Of a DNA stretch of 64,000 nt, positions 41,901 through 49,282 are shown piece after piece. The DNA is from a virus: the IMG/VR virus record IMGVR_UViG_3300032073_000022, positions 4,883-68,882 of that record. One strand, written 5' to 3'. The notes under the pieces are model-generated. The model made no database searches. It was not told where the DNA came from and worked only from the letters and a program-made list of their open reading frames with translations. Every line of letters begins with the position of its first letter. The stretch's first letter is position 1. The position numbers and the translations under genes were made by a program.

Positions 41901-42696
41901 GTATTAATGCTGGGTAAGCGGCAGTTTTTCCAATTATGGAAGTACCGGTTGTGCTAGCTGCACTAAAAATAACATTAGATTTATTGGTGACTTGAAAGCC
42001 AGCACCGTGAGTGAGATTAAGGCTGTTTTGACTATTGGCGTATAAACCAACATTTCCATCAGCACCAAAAACGTAAGCGTATGTGGGTGCAGAAGTAGGG
42101 CTGCTTGGCCCAGATTTTAAGCCAAGCTTCCACTCTGGAGAAGAAGAACCATCGGTATGGAGTGAAACAGTTTTATTAATACCGTCATCAAGGTACGCTT
42201 GAAAGAAATTACCGGCATTTGGTCTACTCAGTGTTAGCATCCCACTGCTGATCATACCGCTAGAGGATGTAATAAAGTTAGCCCCTGCAAAGCTAGATGC
42301 TGTTAGATTATTTGTTGTTATGTCGCCATTGGTTGTTGAAAGGCTACCGCTGCCTAAAATTATATCACCGCTTATGACAACGTTACCGTCAAGATTTTTG
42401 AATACGCTTTTTTCCGACGACAGTGCTATAAAAACAAAGGAGACGCCACTCAAAGATATTTTGGAGCCGCCTGAAGAGCTAGATATAACGGTATCTCTAG
42501 AAAGCGAACCAGCGGAGTAAGTACCAATACCCACTTCCCATCTGGTATCATTTTCTATCACGTAATAAGTCTGGTTACCTTCTCCAACGGCGGAGCCAAA
42601 CGAAACAAAGCCACCAATAGCACCACCTAGAGTTAAGGTGCCGGTACCCGCTGTGATTGTTGTTTCTTTGACTCTATCTGATAGTATTAACGACAT
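35923..42696 (-). CDS. Long fibre protein (2257 aa)
   Basis: SDRVKETT...WEVGIGTY anchor; APATLNTLNELAAAIND, AGDGLTGGGDISSNR and DVTDATNVTAAGALMDSE fibre motifs; C-terminal IDLSKGNYF...WAGNISPT...DVYGF tip domain. Confidence 0.85.
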   Translation of the reverse strand: MSLILSDRVKETTITAGTGTLTLGGAIGGFVSFGSAVGEGNQTYYVIENDTRWEVGIGTYSAGSLSRDTVISSSSGGSKISLSGVSFVFIALSSEKSVFKNLDGNVVISGDIILGSGSLSTTNGDITTNNLTASSFAGANFITSSSGMISSGMLTLSRPNAGNFFQAYLDDGINKTVSLHTDGSSSPEWKLGLKSGPSSPTSAPTYAYVFGADGNVGLYANSQNSLNLTHGAGFQVTNKSNVIFSAASTTGTSIIGKTAAYPALILKSAPAQAANIQEWRNSSDTVLAKIKSDGSLVLAGTDVLDDIRSNSASGVDISGWAKYYVDSDLSGTAVSGYFQSVIDGIADATAVSGYLQPQITSNLSALNASGNANKDYSASISGWALDISTQKSSQGDSSISGWVIGHVASHLASDDHTGATTAIASGNANLALISANSTSITNDHYTFMSSGNFNRTKIDNVSGYLQDRIDNKTSTLQININQNTNKLNASGQSNKDYIAAVSGWAEHYTDSNVPSYTSSILSASGINIGLSGLRFNDGTTQTTAGGGGGGTTYTAGSGLILQNNKFHLDFGSGNAVSGYNQSYTDIKVAALVDSAPATLNTLNELAAAINDDANISTTLTNLITANTTEIRTNSASGLNNANDITRLASSGTNHAADIIRNSASGTATNTSITNLTAELRTESASGVNHANDIIRLAASGTNHAADIIRLATSGTNHAADIIRNSASGTATNTSVTNLTTELRTESASGVNHANDIIRLAASGTNHAADIIRNAASGTATNTSVTNLTTELRTESASGVNHANDIIRLAASGTNHAADITHLATSGTNHAADIIRNAASGTATNTSVTNLTTELRTESASGVNHANDIIRLAASGANHAADILANSASGVGGPSGVAFFGDDGVLTSGDGFIYASATRGITLDGSTSSAVTDCGGITMTTNGGDHSLHVDGNIQELKSYYRTKLYVGVTEVFDSRQSPDGEIGSSVPHFNRGFTAYPLAAAYKGVVIKGKAAQSANLTEWQDSAGTIKAEISSQGHILTSGDITSASGQIFLPGGGGTSAPTLCFTGSSNRRVGFYEKFSDQQIAFCAGGRNRLIIGDDRLQVGNASYIGWSSSSVGEAQDGTDTNLKRYSAGIIAVHGSAVTDDRAKLGQILASGLTASGVELANHVPSSTTNRLYNDGGTLKFNGSAVNSDTNTTYTSDSGVILQGTKFNANLVDYTVQTTAAESRTTTASRTYAVQVDSSDKLVVNVPWTAGGGGGGLTSEEAQDIVGAQFVTNGSHTLITAAYDDAGDGAIDLTVDNDLSNYDNSSSAFITATLTTEEVQDIAGPLVATGGTKTGIAITYDDTNGDMDFVVDHDTASNFVANEHIDHTSVTLTAGDGLTGGGDISSNRSFAVGAGNGITVNANDVALSTGVPSGLSFFAGDLNRGQLTSLSNIIMNSGDNDTPPNIHFINSANTDNETLKMGWKANEFVINTTAGDGTARDIMFQNGGTDRLQFHASSNTWRVHAALYPNNDNGRSLGASTLRWADVYSAAMDVNMHTASDIGIKVKAHASQSANMQTFQKSDGTEVVAVGPDGGVVLPDNAPSSTTNKLYNDGGTLKFNGSAVDTNTTYSVGDGGLTTNDFTNADHTKLDGIEANADVTDATNVTAAGALMDSEVTNLAFVKALTKGISDGNVLTANDAVADNDFLRINGTEVEGLTATEVRTALNVEDGADVTDATNVTAAGALMDSELTDLAGVKGVTISTLQVKPSEGAFADGDKTKLDAIEASADVTDTTNVTAAGALMDSELASIADVKALDQSVISGSSPNFTTANMSDASNKRFMTDAQESKLDAIEANATADQTKADINGLAITTVGTIDTGVWNGTAIASAYIADNGITGAKIALGSDAAGDIMYYNGTDYVRLGIGSDGQVLTVNDAGNAPQWEDASGGGGGGDITSVVAGDGLTGGATTGDATLNVVGGDGITANANDIAITAAQTTITSVYNASLKMGRGTENLIDFATTNNKIILRANNVDQVSLIDNVFGPEADSDVDLGTSAKRWKDAYVDSITVTGNTDVDGDLDVDGTTNLDAVDIDGNVQLDGTLTVGVDDTGKDVKFFGARSGSYVEWDESENRLHLVQGAYVNQPVPATGTTTEDATLQIDLSKGNYFNILLGADITAVQFENATIGQKFVIRFIQATSGTGHGISWSTVRIDGSTAAELKWAGNISPTMTGNDGTSHQGHKDVYGFLCTATGGSANDTKFDGFIIGQDIPN
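37330..37790 (-). repeat. Coding repeat DVTD[AT]TNVTAAGALMDSE x3
   Basis: Read from translation. Confidence 0.85.
40040..40800 (-). repeat. Coding 14/22-aa tandem repeats (ASGTNHAADIIRL / ASGTATNTSVTNLTTELRTES)
   Basis: Read from translation; coiled-coil-like periodicity with SG at each unit. Confidence 0.9.
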
Positions 42697-42707
42697 AATA
42701 TCTCTCT

Positions 42708-43868
42708 TTATTTACATCTTTTTTTACAGCATTTCCCAGTTTTTGAGTTAGCCTTCGACTGAAGTTGTTTTAATTTTAATTTTAATTGATCTATCTCACT
42801 TAGCACTTCGGGGTCTATAGTTGATTCACCCCTGTATATACTCCTACATTCATCTACGATTCGATTGTAATCATCAAGGTCGAGATTTTGCTCTTCCACA
42901 AAATGTTTTTTGATTGGAGACAAATCCATGTTAAGCTCTAAGAACTCTAATACGTAATTTCTAACTTTGTTACCTAGTGTTAAGGGGTAAGAAACTCCAT
43001 CCGGTCTATCAAACCTATGAAGCCATCTTAAAAATGGAAGATAAATAACTTTTCTGTCATTCATTCTATACTTTTCATGTATGTAGCATTCTTCTCCACC
43101 AAAACCCTCGGCATATTCATTAAATCCAAGCCAAGCATTTTTTCTAGTAAAAAAGCAGCCTAACCCTTGAGCAAAAACCTCAAATGGTTTTTCACTTGCA
43201 TTTCTGCCGACTAAGCTGTAACCTTGGCTATTAAGTGTCTGATTTATAAGTTTCCATTCCACATCTTTAGGAAACTCTCTATTACAATATACACATTTAT
43301 CAATACTTTCCCCTGTATCCAACTTAGAAAAGGCGGCTTTGCCATTTACGTTTTTTATTGAAAAATTAAATGACTCACAAACACACTGCCAAGCGTTGGC
43401 CCATTGACCCCACATGCCACTACCCCACGTATCTTTAAAGTGAGTGGAGATAGCAAGGCAATTATCGTGGACTAAAGGGCCGCAAAATAAGTCGTTGGAA
43501 TCTGCATTGTATTCCATGTAGGTAAATAATCTGTCTAGAGTGTCAACAACTGGACAGAGTAGTACATGACAATCCAGAACTAAAACAAAGTTGGTTCTAG
43601 CTTCCTCTATTACTTTATTTCTAGTGGCCGAAGTACCTTTTTTATCAGTAAAATCTACTACTCTTAATGAGTTTATTTTTTTCTCTAGAGATTTTACCGA
43701 TTTTCCATGTTTACTATTTGGATTATTCTCTACTACTAAAAACTCTATCTTTTGCAATAGATCTTGTCTATTGTTAAAAGTAAGCTCTTTTATAATATCT
43801 TGAATTGTAAAATACACACCATTAAAATCATCGTGATGTGCCATTCCTATTGTTAGTGTTTGTTCCAT
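42708..43868 (-). CDS. GT-A fold glycosyltransferase, polypeptide-HexNAc transferase-like (GT27/GT60-type motifs)
   Basis: TLTIGMAHHD; IEFLVVENN; GTSATRNKVIEEARTNFVLVLDCH (DxH); GLGCFFTRKNAWLGFNEYAEGFGGEE; WLHRF. Contains a CxC...CxxC insertion. Confidence 0.8.
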   Translation of the reverse strand: MEQTLTIGMAHHDDFNGVYFTIQDIIKELTFNNRQDLLQKIEFLVVENNPNSKHGKSVKSLEKKINSLRVVDFTDKKGTSATRNKVIEEARTNFVLVLDCHVLLCPVVDTLDRLFTYMEYNADSNDLFCGPLVHDNCLAISTHFKDTWGSGMWGQWANAWQCVCESFNFSIKNVNGKAAFSKLDTGESIDKCVYCNREFPKDVEWKLINQTLNSQGYSLVGRNASEKPFEVFAQGLGCFFTRKNAWLGFNEYAEGFGGEECYIHEKYRMNDRKVIYLPFLRWLHRFDRPDGVSYPLTLGNKVRNYVLEFLELNMDLSPIKKHFVEEQNLDLDDYNRIVDECRSIYRGESTIDPEVLSEIDQLKLKLKQLQSKANSKTGKCCKKRCK

Positions 43869-43891
43869 CTTTTTTCTCCTAAAGTTAAAAA

Positions 43892-46435
43892 TTAATATGG
43901 TCCACTTGGATCTCCACCTCCGGGGCTATCTCCATCGCCTTCGCCATCCGGACTTGATCCTCCTCCGGGGTCGTCGCCATCTCCGTCGCCGTCGCCATCC
44001 GGACTTGATCCTCCGCCGGGGTCGTCGCCATCTCCGTCGCCATCGCTAGGGCTTTCATCGGGGTCGTCGCCATCTCCGTCGCCGCCGCCGGTTGGGTCAT
44101 CGTCAGGAACGTCAGGGTTGTCAGGATCGTCACCCGGTCCATCTGGACCATCTGGATCATCTGGATCATCTGGATCATCTGGATCTTCGGTGGTCGTAGT
44201 AGTGCAATTTTCTGGGCGGTCTTCTGGGTTTTTTTCCCACCACGGTTGTTGCTCCCATTCTGCACAACAGTCAATACCAGTGCTATCAGTGTCTGCCCCC
44301 GATGCCGTCTCAGAATTAGTTTTACAAGAAGCTGGGTCCATTGGGTAGAAATTACGTCCGAAACGAGCAATTGATTGGGTGGGGCAGTTCCCGAGACAGT
44401 CTATTCCCGTAGTATGTCCTAAGTAGGGGTGCGTATCCCCGCATTGACTATGGTTTACCCCAGCGTTTGCGGCTTCGCAATTGTGTTCTCTCATAGGATA
44501 ACCGGGATTTGGGCCTCCACCGGGATTAGCTAACCATCTATCTGTACACACGAGGTATACTTTTAAAACGTTGCTCCCAACCGTTTCGTCGAACTCACAA
44601 CGCTTCTCTGTGAAGCAACATATACCAACAGGACCATCTGTAGTCGTTGTTGTTGAAGTGCATGGTTCTGGTGGGTTAGCATGACTCTGACCTTCTTTTC
44701 TGCCTCCCGATTTTCTATCATCGAACCATTGACCACAGCAAGAAATTTCCTCAATCAGGTCTTCCAGATCATCACCTTCGCTTCCCGGACAAACTTTAAA
44801 TTTTCCTTCGAGTGGTTTACCTGCTCTTGTGTATATACCCTCGTTCACACCGAGGAAATCGCACTGAGCTTGGGTTACCCAATCATGGCACGTTAATTCC
44901 TCAGTGTGCGGATGCATATAGCAACACATACCAACTGGCTCTTCCGTGGTTGATGTTGTTGTTCCATCGCAAGCCCCCAACGTTCCGTTGAAGTCTTCAC
45001 AGTAAACACAGCATCCCGGAGTGCCGTCAATTATAAGAGTTGATCCGTTAACACAGCAAGTAGCAGTTCCGCATTCACCGACTGTTCCATCTGCGGCTAT
45101 ACAGTCGCTATCACCGAAGCAAGTTTGACATGGCCTCTCTGTTGTGGTTGTCGTACCTTCTAGCGTTGTGGTTGTTGTTGGTTCCAATGTGGTTGTGGTT
45201 GTGGTTGTTGGTTCATCACCACAGCTTCCATTGACTGTTGCCCCAATCGAATACGCCCAGCAAAAGTCATTATGCCTAATGGTTTCGCCCCATGCCGTAA
45301 TGTGCTCACATGGACACTCACTTTTACAAGGAGGAGATGCTACCCAAGTCTTGCCAACAAAGCCAGAAATACAAGTCAAAACACAGTCACTGCCACAGGG
45401 TGACGGCGTTGTGGTTGTTGTAGTGGTAGGGTCGCTACAAGGATCTACCCCTTGGCAACCATTTGGTAAAAATCTTCCCCCTAAATTATTGCATTGATTC
45501 TCGGTGGTCGGGAAACAAAAGGAACCAAAGCAACATCCGCCTAGCGGATTGTCCGTGGTTGTTGTGGTTGTTGTTGGTTCCAATGTTGTTGTTGTTGTTG
45601 TTGGAACGGGACACTCATCGCAAAAACTGCGGTCTAGACCTGAGTAGTTTGTCTTTCCGGGAAATTGGTTTTCACAGCAATTAGCCATGCGAGATGTTGA
45701 ATTTGGAGGTCCACATATGGTTTCAGGTGCATTCGCCGCACAACCTAAAAACTCTGTGTTGCCTGAAGAATTGTCTGCATAACAGCAAATTACACCATAC
45801 CTACAGTTATGAAAAACAAACCCGTTAACAAAGTAAAGATGATTGCCATCTAAGGATAGATCATAAAGTATAGTGTCAGGACTGTAATATCCTAAACTAA
45901 TTTGGTCAACCTTTACTTCTCCGTCCTCACTGTATATGATATCTCCAACGGAGAGATTTTCAACAAAATTAATCTCAGGATACAGATTTCTAGATAGTTC
46001 AACATCAAAAGATTTGAAGCCTTCTTTCGTGAGAACGGGATGGTCATAACTAAAAAACATTGGCTTGTTGTTAATAGAAGCCATCTTCCTGTCACCAAGA
46101 TGGACTTTCTCTATTTCAACAACCTCGTTGACTAGACCATTTATAGATCTGACTTTTTCGCCAATAGAGATCTCTGATATTTTTTTATGACTACCATTCT
46201 CCATCAAGACTAATGAGTTAGGGAGAAAGCATGAGGGAGGGAGGTCTAGGCAGTTGTTTCGTTGGGCACATGTCAGAGTAGAAAATGAACCGTCTAATCT
46301 TACTTCACAATCATTAACTGTAACATTGTCTTCGCACACTTTATGTGTTAAAGATTGAGCTGGATCAATATAGCAACAAGACCCCACTGGAGGTGGTGGT
46401 GGCGTAACACCGTCACATTGACAGCAATTGGTCAT
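43892..46435 (-). CDS. Cys-rich, poly-Thr mucin-like protein with a mini-intein and an acidic Asp/Gly/Pro tail
   Basis: Repeated GxCC modules separated by PTTTTTT linkers; Hint domain at aa 69-210; DPD/GDGDGDD tail; GGAGG RBS. Confidence 0.8.
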   Translation of the reverse strand: MTNCCQCDGVTPPPPPVGSCCYIDPAQSLTHKVCEDNVTVNDCEVRLDGSFSTLTCAQRNNCLDLPPSCFLPNSLVLMENGSHKKISEISIGEKVRSINGLVNEVVEIEKVHLGDRKMASINNKPMFFSYDHPVLTKEGFKSFDVELSRNLYPEINFVENLSVGDIIYSEDGEVKVDQISLGYYSPDTILYDLSLDGNHLYFVNGFVFHNCRYGVICCYADNSSGNTEFLGCAANAPETICGPPNSTSRMANCCENQFPGKTNYSGLDRSFCDECPVPTTTTTTLEPTTTTTTTDNPLGGCCFGSFCFPTTENQCNNLGGRFLPNGCQGVDPCSDPTTTTTTTPSPCGSDCVLTCISGFVGKTWVASPPCKSECPCEHITAWGETIRHNDFCWAYSIGATVNGSCGDEPTTTTTTTLEPTTTTTLEGTTTTTERPCQTCFGDSDCIAADGTVGECGTATCCVNGSTLIIDGTPGCCVYCEDFNGTLGACDGTTTSTTEEPVGMCCYMHPHTEELTCHDWVTQAQCDFLGVNEGIYTRAGKPLEGKFKVCPGSEGDDLEDLIEEISCCGQWFDDRKSGGRKEGQSHANPPEPCTSTTTTTDGPVGICCFTEKRCEFDETVGSNVLKVYLVCTDRWLANPGGGPNPGYPMREHNCEAANAGVNHSQCGDTHPYLGHTTGIDCLGNCPTQSIARFGRNFYPMDPASCKTNSETASGADTDSTGIDCCAEWEQQPWWEKNPEDRPENCTTTTTEDPDDPDDPDDPDGPDGPGDDPDNPDVPDDDPTGGGDGDGDDPDESPSDGDGDGDDPGGGSSPDGDGDGDGDDPGGGSSPDGEGDGDSPGGGDPSGPY
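43915..44190 (-). repeat. Coding low-complexity tandem repeats (9-bp TCTGGATCA units; GDGDGDDPGGGSSPD units)
   Basis: Direct DNA repeats visible. Confidence 0.85.
45806..46231 (-). mobile_element. Mini-intein / Hint domain (142 aa, no endonuclease)
   Basis: Block A CFLPNSLV; block B FSYDHPV; blocks F/G LYDLSLDGNHLYFVNGFVFHN followed by +1 Cys (45803-45805). Confidence 0.88.
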
Positions 46436-46445
46436 AAAAACCTCC

Positions 46446-49271
46446 TTAGCTACCGTCGCCAGAGCAACTTATGTATATAGGTCTGTGTTCACCGTTTACT
46501 AAATTAGTTACAACAAAAGCTGTTCCACCAACAGCACCGGGGCCATGAATATCCATTCTAGTGTCTCTATTTACTACTAGTATTCTTCTATCTGTACCAA
46601 ACCCTTTTTCATATGTACGGGTTACCATCCAGCCGCTAGTTGGATTAGTGTAGCTTGTTGGAGCATAAATGTATTCTTCCATAAAGCCTTCGTTATTTCC
46701 AAACCAAGCATCGCAAGTATCATTTGGCTCAGAGTCGTGATTTACAGATACAACCCTATTAACGAAATGACCAGAATTATTTACTCTGGCAATATTAATG
46801 GTTGATGGATTTATAGTAGTATCGGCAACCACAAAACTTTGTAAGTCAACACCGTGTTCATGTCCGGAATGATTATACGTGCTCGTAGTACTTTTTCTAA
46901 CCTCAAGGATTCCGGTTGGAGTGTGATGTGCTACGCCAACAGAAATCTTGGCGGCACTAGTATCCCCAGCAATAGTATTTTGTATATTAAGTCTGTTAGA
47001 TAGGTCACCACGGGTATAAAGAATTCTATCATTGTCGTCTAAGCCAGCAACGATCTCTATGTTTCTAGAACCACCTTCGTTCTCGGAAATTTCACCCTCA
47101 AGTGCGTGAGCACCGATACCAATAGAGTTTGCATTTGTACTGTTTTGTCCAGCACCGGGACCAATAAATATTGACTTTATAGAGTTGTCTGCGTTTTTAC
47201 CAGCACCATTACCTATAAAGATAGCGTTGTCAGTATTTGAAGCCGTATGTCCAGCCTGAAGACCCATGTATATACAAGCGGTGTCAACACTAAGACTTGG
47301 GTTTGATGTTGTCGAATCTTTACCAGCCTCTGTGCCTATGAAAATACCGTGTTTCCAACCAGTAGCACTAGAGGCTACGTCGCATCCTATGAAAACAGAA
47401 CTTTCATTCTTAGCCGTATTGACACTTGAGAAGTTATCAGGATTTGTAAATACAGCGTTACATTTATCAGCGAAAGTAGCTGTTCCGCTGGTGATGTAGG
47501 CACCCATAGCAGTCAAGCTCATTTTGCCAAGTGCGTTACTGTTGCTTAAATCGACGGCGACGAAAGACTCATCTGGATTTACTTCCGCTACCTGATTTTC
47601 AGCTAGAGGTACACCGTCATAATCTAGACCGTAGTAATGAATACCATTTAGTATGGTTCGTTTGAGACCGGAAACACTAAACGGTCTTACTTCAAGAGGA
47701 GAAGTGTTTAGGGTTGTTCCGTCTGCAAATCTAAAATCACCTAAAAGTCTAAGATCGCCACTGATCGAAACTGTAGGTCTCTTAAATGTAGGATTTGCAA
47801 AACTTGGCGTTACATTTATAGTCCCGCTTGGGTCAAAATCCATCAGTGTCTGTTGATAGTTTGAATTGTTCCTAAGTCCAAACCTCATGGACATCATCGA
47901 CTTTGCTTGGTTGCCAGCTACGGAGTTAGTGACAAGGTCTTGACTACCAAATGTTACTATATTTCTATTGTTCTCTTCTACAATGCCAACGTTATAATCA
48001 AAGTTGCCCTGCTTAACTTTAAACTTTGCTGGATTGGATGGGGAGGACATTAAGGTTAAGTGTGAGCCTGCACCCTTCATTTTGCCTAATAAAAACGGGT
48101 CTGCATCAGTACCAATCGCTAGAGTGTTATCTGAAGGAACTTCGTCGGTAAAAAGCTTGTTACCTATAATGATTGCGTCGTGTATGTCAAAGTCGGGGTC
48201 GTCTAGTGGATCGTTAGTTTTTAGATTATCATAACCTATAACAATATTACCATCACTTCCATCTAATTTTTGGAAGGAGTTAGAGCCTATTATTGTATTG
48301 CCTTTAGGTCTAACACAACCGCTACCAGCTTGAAAACCTATAATCGTGTTGTCAATTTCACTGGTGGTACCAGCCATGATAAGATCTATGCCATAGCCAT
48401 ACAGTGTGTTTCTTTTAACAGTAGAGCTTGAGGTTCTACTTCTAGGTGTATACCAACCTCCATAGGCGGCACCATATTGATCACCAAAGATATGACCACC
48501 TATAGAGTCACTATCTGAAGCTGTGATGTTATGTTCATTTCCTCCATCATCAAGGAAATATAATGATTGAGTTTGATTTGGTTTATCGTAAGGCTTTACG
48601 TATATCTTACCAAAGTTATTAGATGTAGCTGGGGTGATAGGTTGCTCTCTAAGAGCTACTGTCCCGCTGTGACTAACTCCCGAACTAGAAACGGCAAGAA
48701 CAGTGTGTGTAATTGATTCGGAATAGCCGTGAGAATGGTTATGCGAGATATCATTATCAATTTTAGACGTACCTATAATGGTTACTCTGTCTTCCGCTCG
48801 ATATCTAAAGAAAGAGCTAAAAAAGCCGTGACCAGTGCTGTCATTTATAATGGGTTCGTCGGAGGAATCTCTATGGGTTTCAGCGAGAAGAAAATCTCCC
48901 CTTAATCCTTCGTATCCATCCCTTATTATACTAAACCTTCTATCTTCAGAACCCGCCGTTTTTAACTCAATGAAAGCACGATCTTCAGTTCTTACGATGC
49001 CGCCGAGACTATTGTGTCTGGCGTTGAATACGTTTTCTACTCTAAGTCTCGCTCGACGATCTGGCCAGCCGCCGGTGGCTCCACCACCAGAACCCATGAC
49101 ATGAAGGGCAATCTCTGGTAGATATGCTGTATCTGAAGGTTGAGCAAAATTAACGATACCAACGTGCCCACTAGGACTGCTTATAACGAGAGATTCATGT
49201 CTCATATCCGCTGATTGATTGTCTGGATCAACGTGTATTGATAATCTGTTTGTATTAGGTCTATTTGACAT
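46446..49271 (-). CDS. Fibre/spike protein with beta-helix repeats (941 aa)
   Basis: NTIIGFQAG, AIFIGNGAG and SIFIGPGAG repeats; GKIYVK...SLYFLDDGGNE motif. Confidence 0.7.
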   Translation of the reverse strand: MSNRPNTNRLSIHVDPDNQSADMRHESLVISSPSGHVGIVNFAQPSDTAYLPEIALHVMGSGGGATGGWPDRRARLRVENVFNARHNSLGGIVRTEDRAFIELKTAGSEDRRFSIIRDGYEGLRGDFLLAETHRDSSDEPIINDSTGHGFFSSFFRYRAEDRVTIIGTSKIDNDISHNHSHGYSESITHTVLAVSSSGVSHSGTVALREQPITPATSNNFGKIYVKPYDKPNQTQSLYFLDDGGNEHNITASDSDSIGGHIFGDQYGAAYGGWYTPRSRTSSSTVKRNTLYGYGIDLIMAGTTSEIDNTIIGFQAGSGCVRPKGNTIIGSNSFQKLDGSDGNIVIGYDNLKTNDPLDDPDFDIHDAIIIGNKLFTDEVPSDNTLAIGTDADPFLLGKMKGAGSHLTLMSSPSNPAKFKVKQGNFDYNVGIVEENNRNIVTFGSQDLVTNSVAGNQAKSMMSMRFGLRNNSNYQQTLMDFDPSGTINVTPSFANPTFKRPTVSISGDLRLLGDFRFADGTTLNTSPLEVRPFSVSGLKRTILNGIHYYGLDYDGVPLAENQVAEVNPDESFVAVDLSNSNALGKMSLTAMGAYITSGTATFADKCNAVFTNPDNFSSVNTAKNESSVFIGCDVASSATGWKHGIFIGTEAGKDSTTSNPSLSVDTACIYMGLQAGHTASNTDNAIFIGNGAGKNADNSIKSIFIGPGAGQNSTNANSIGIGAHALEGEISENEGGSRNIEIVAGLDDNDRILYTRGDLSNRLNIQNTIAGDTSAAKISVGVAHHTPTGILEVRKSTTSTYNHSGHEHGVDLQSFVVADTTINPSTINIARVNNSGHFVNRVVSVNHDSEPNDTCDAWFGNNEGFMEEYIYAPTSYTNPTSGWMVTRTYEKGFGTDRRILVVNRDTRMDIHGPGAVGGTAFVVTNLVNGEHRPIYISCSGDGS

Positions 49272-49282
49272 TATGTTCCTCT

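Noticed and set aside
43885-44370. 161-aa alternative-frame ORF with MIQMIQ/ATEMATT repeats
   Set aside because: By-product of the DPD/GDGD coding repeats of the 847-aa gene; no independent support.
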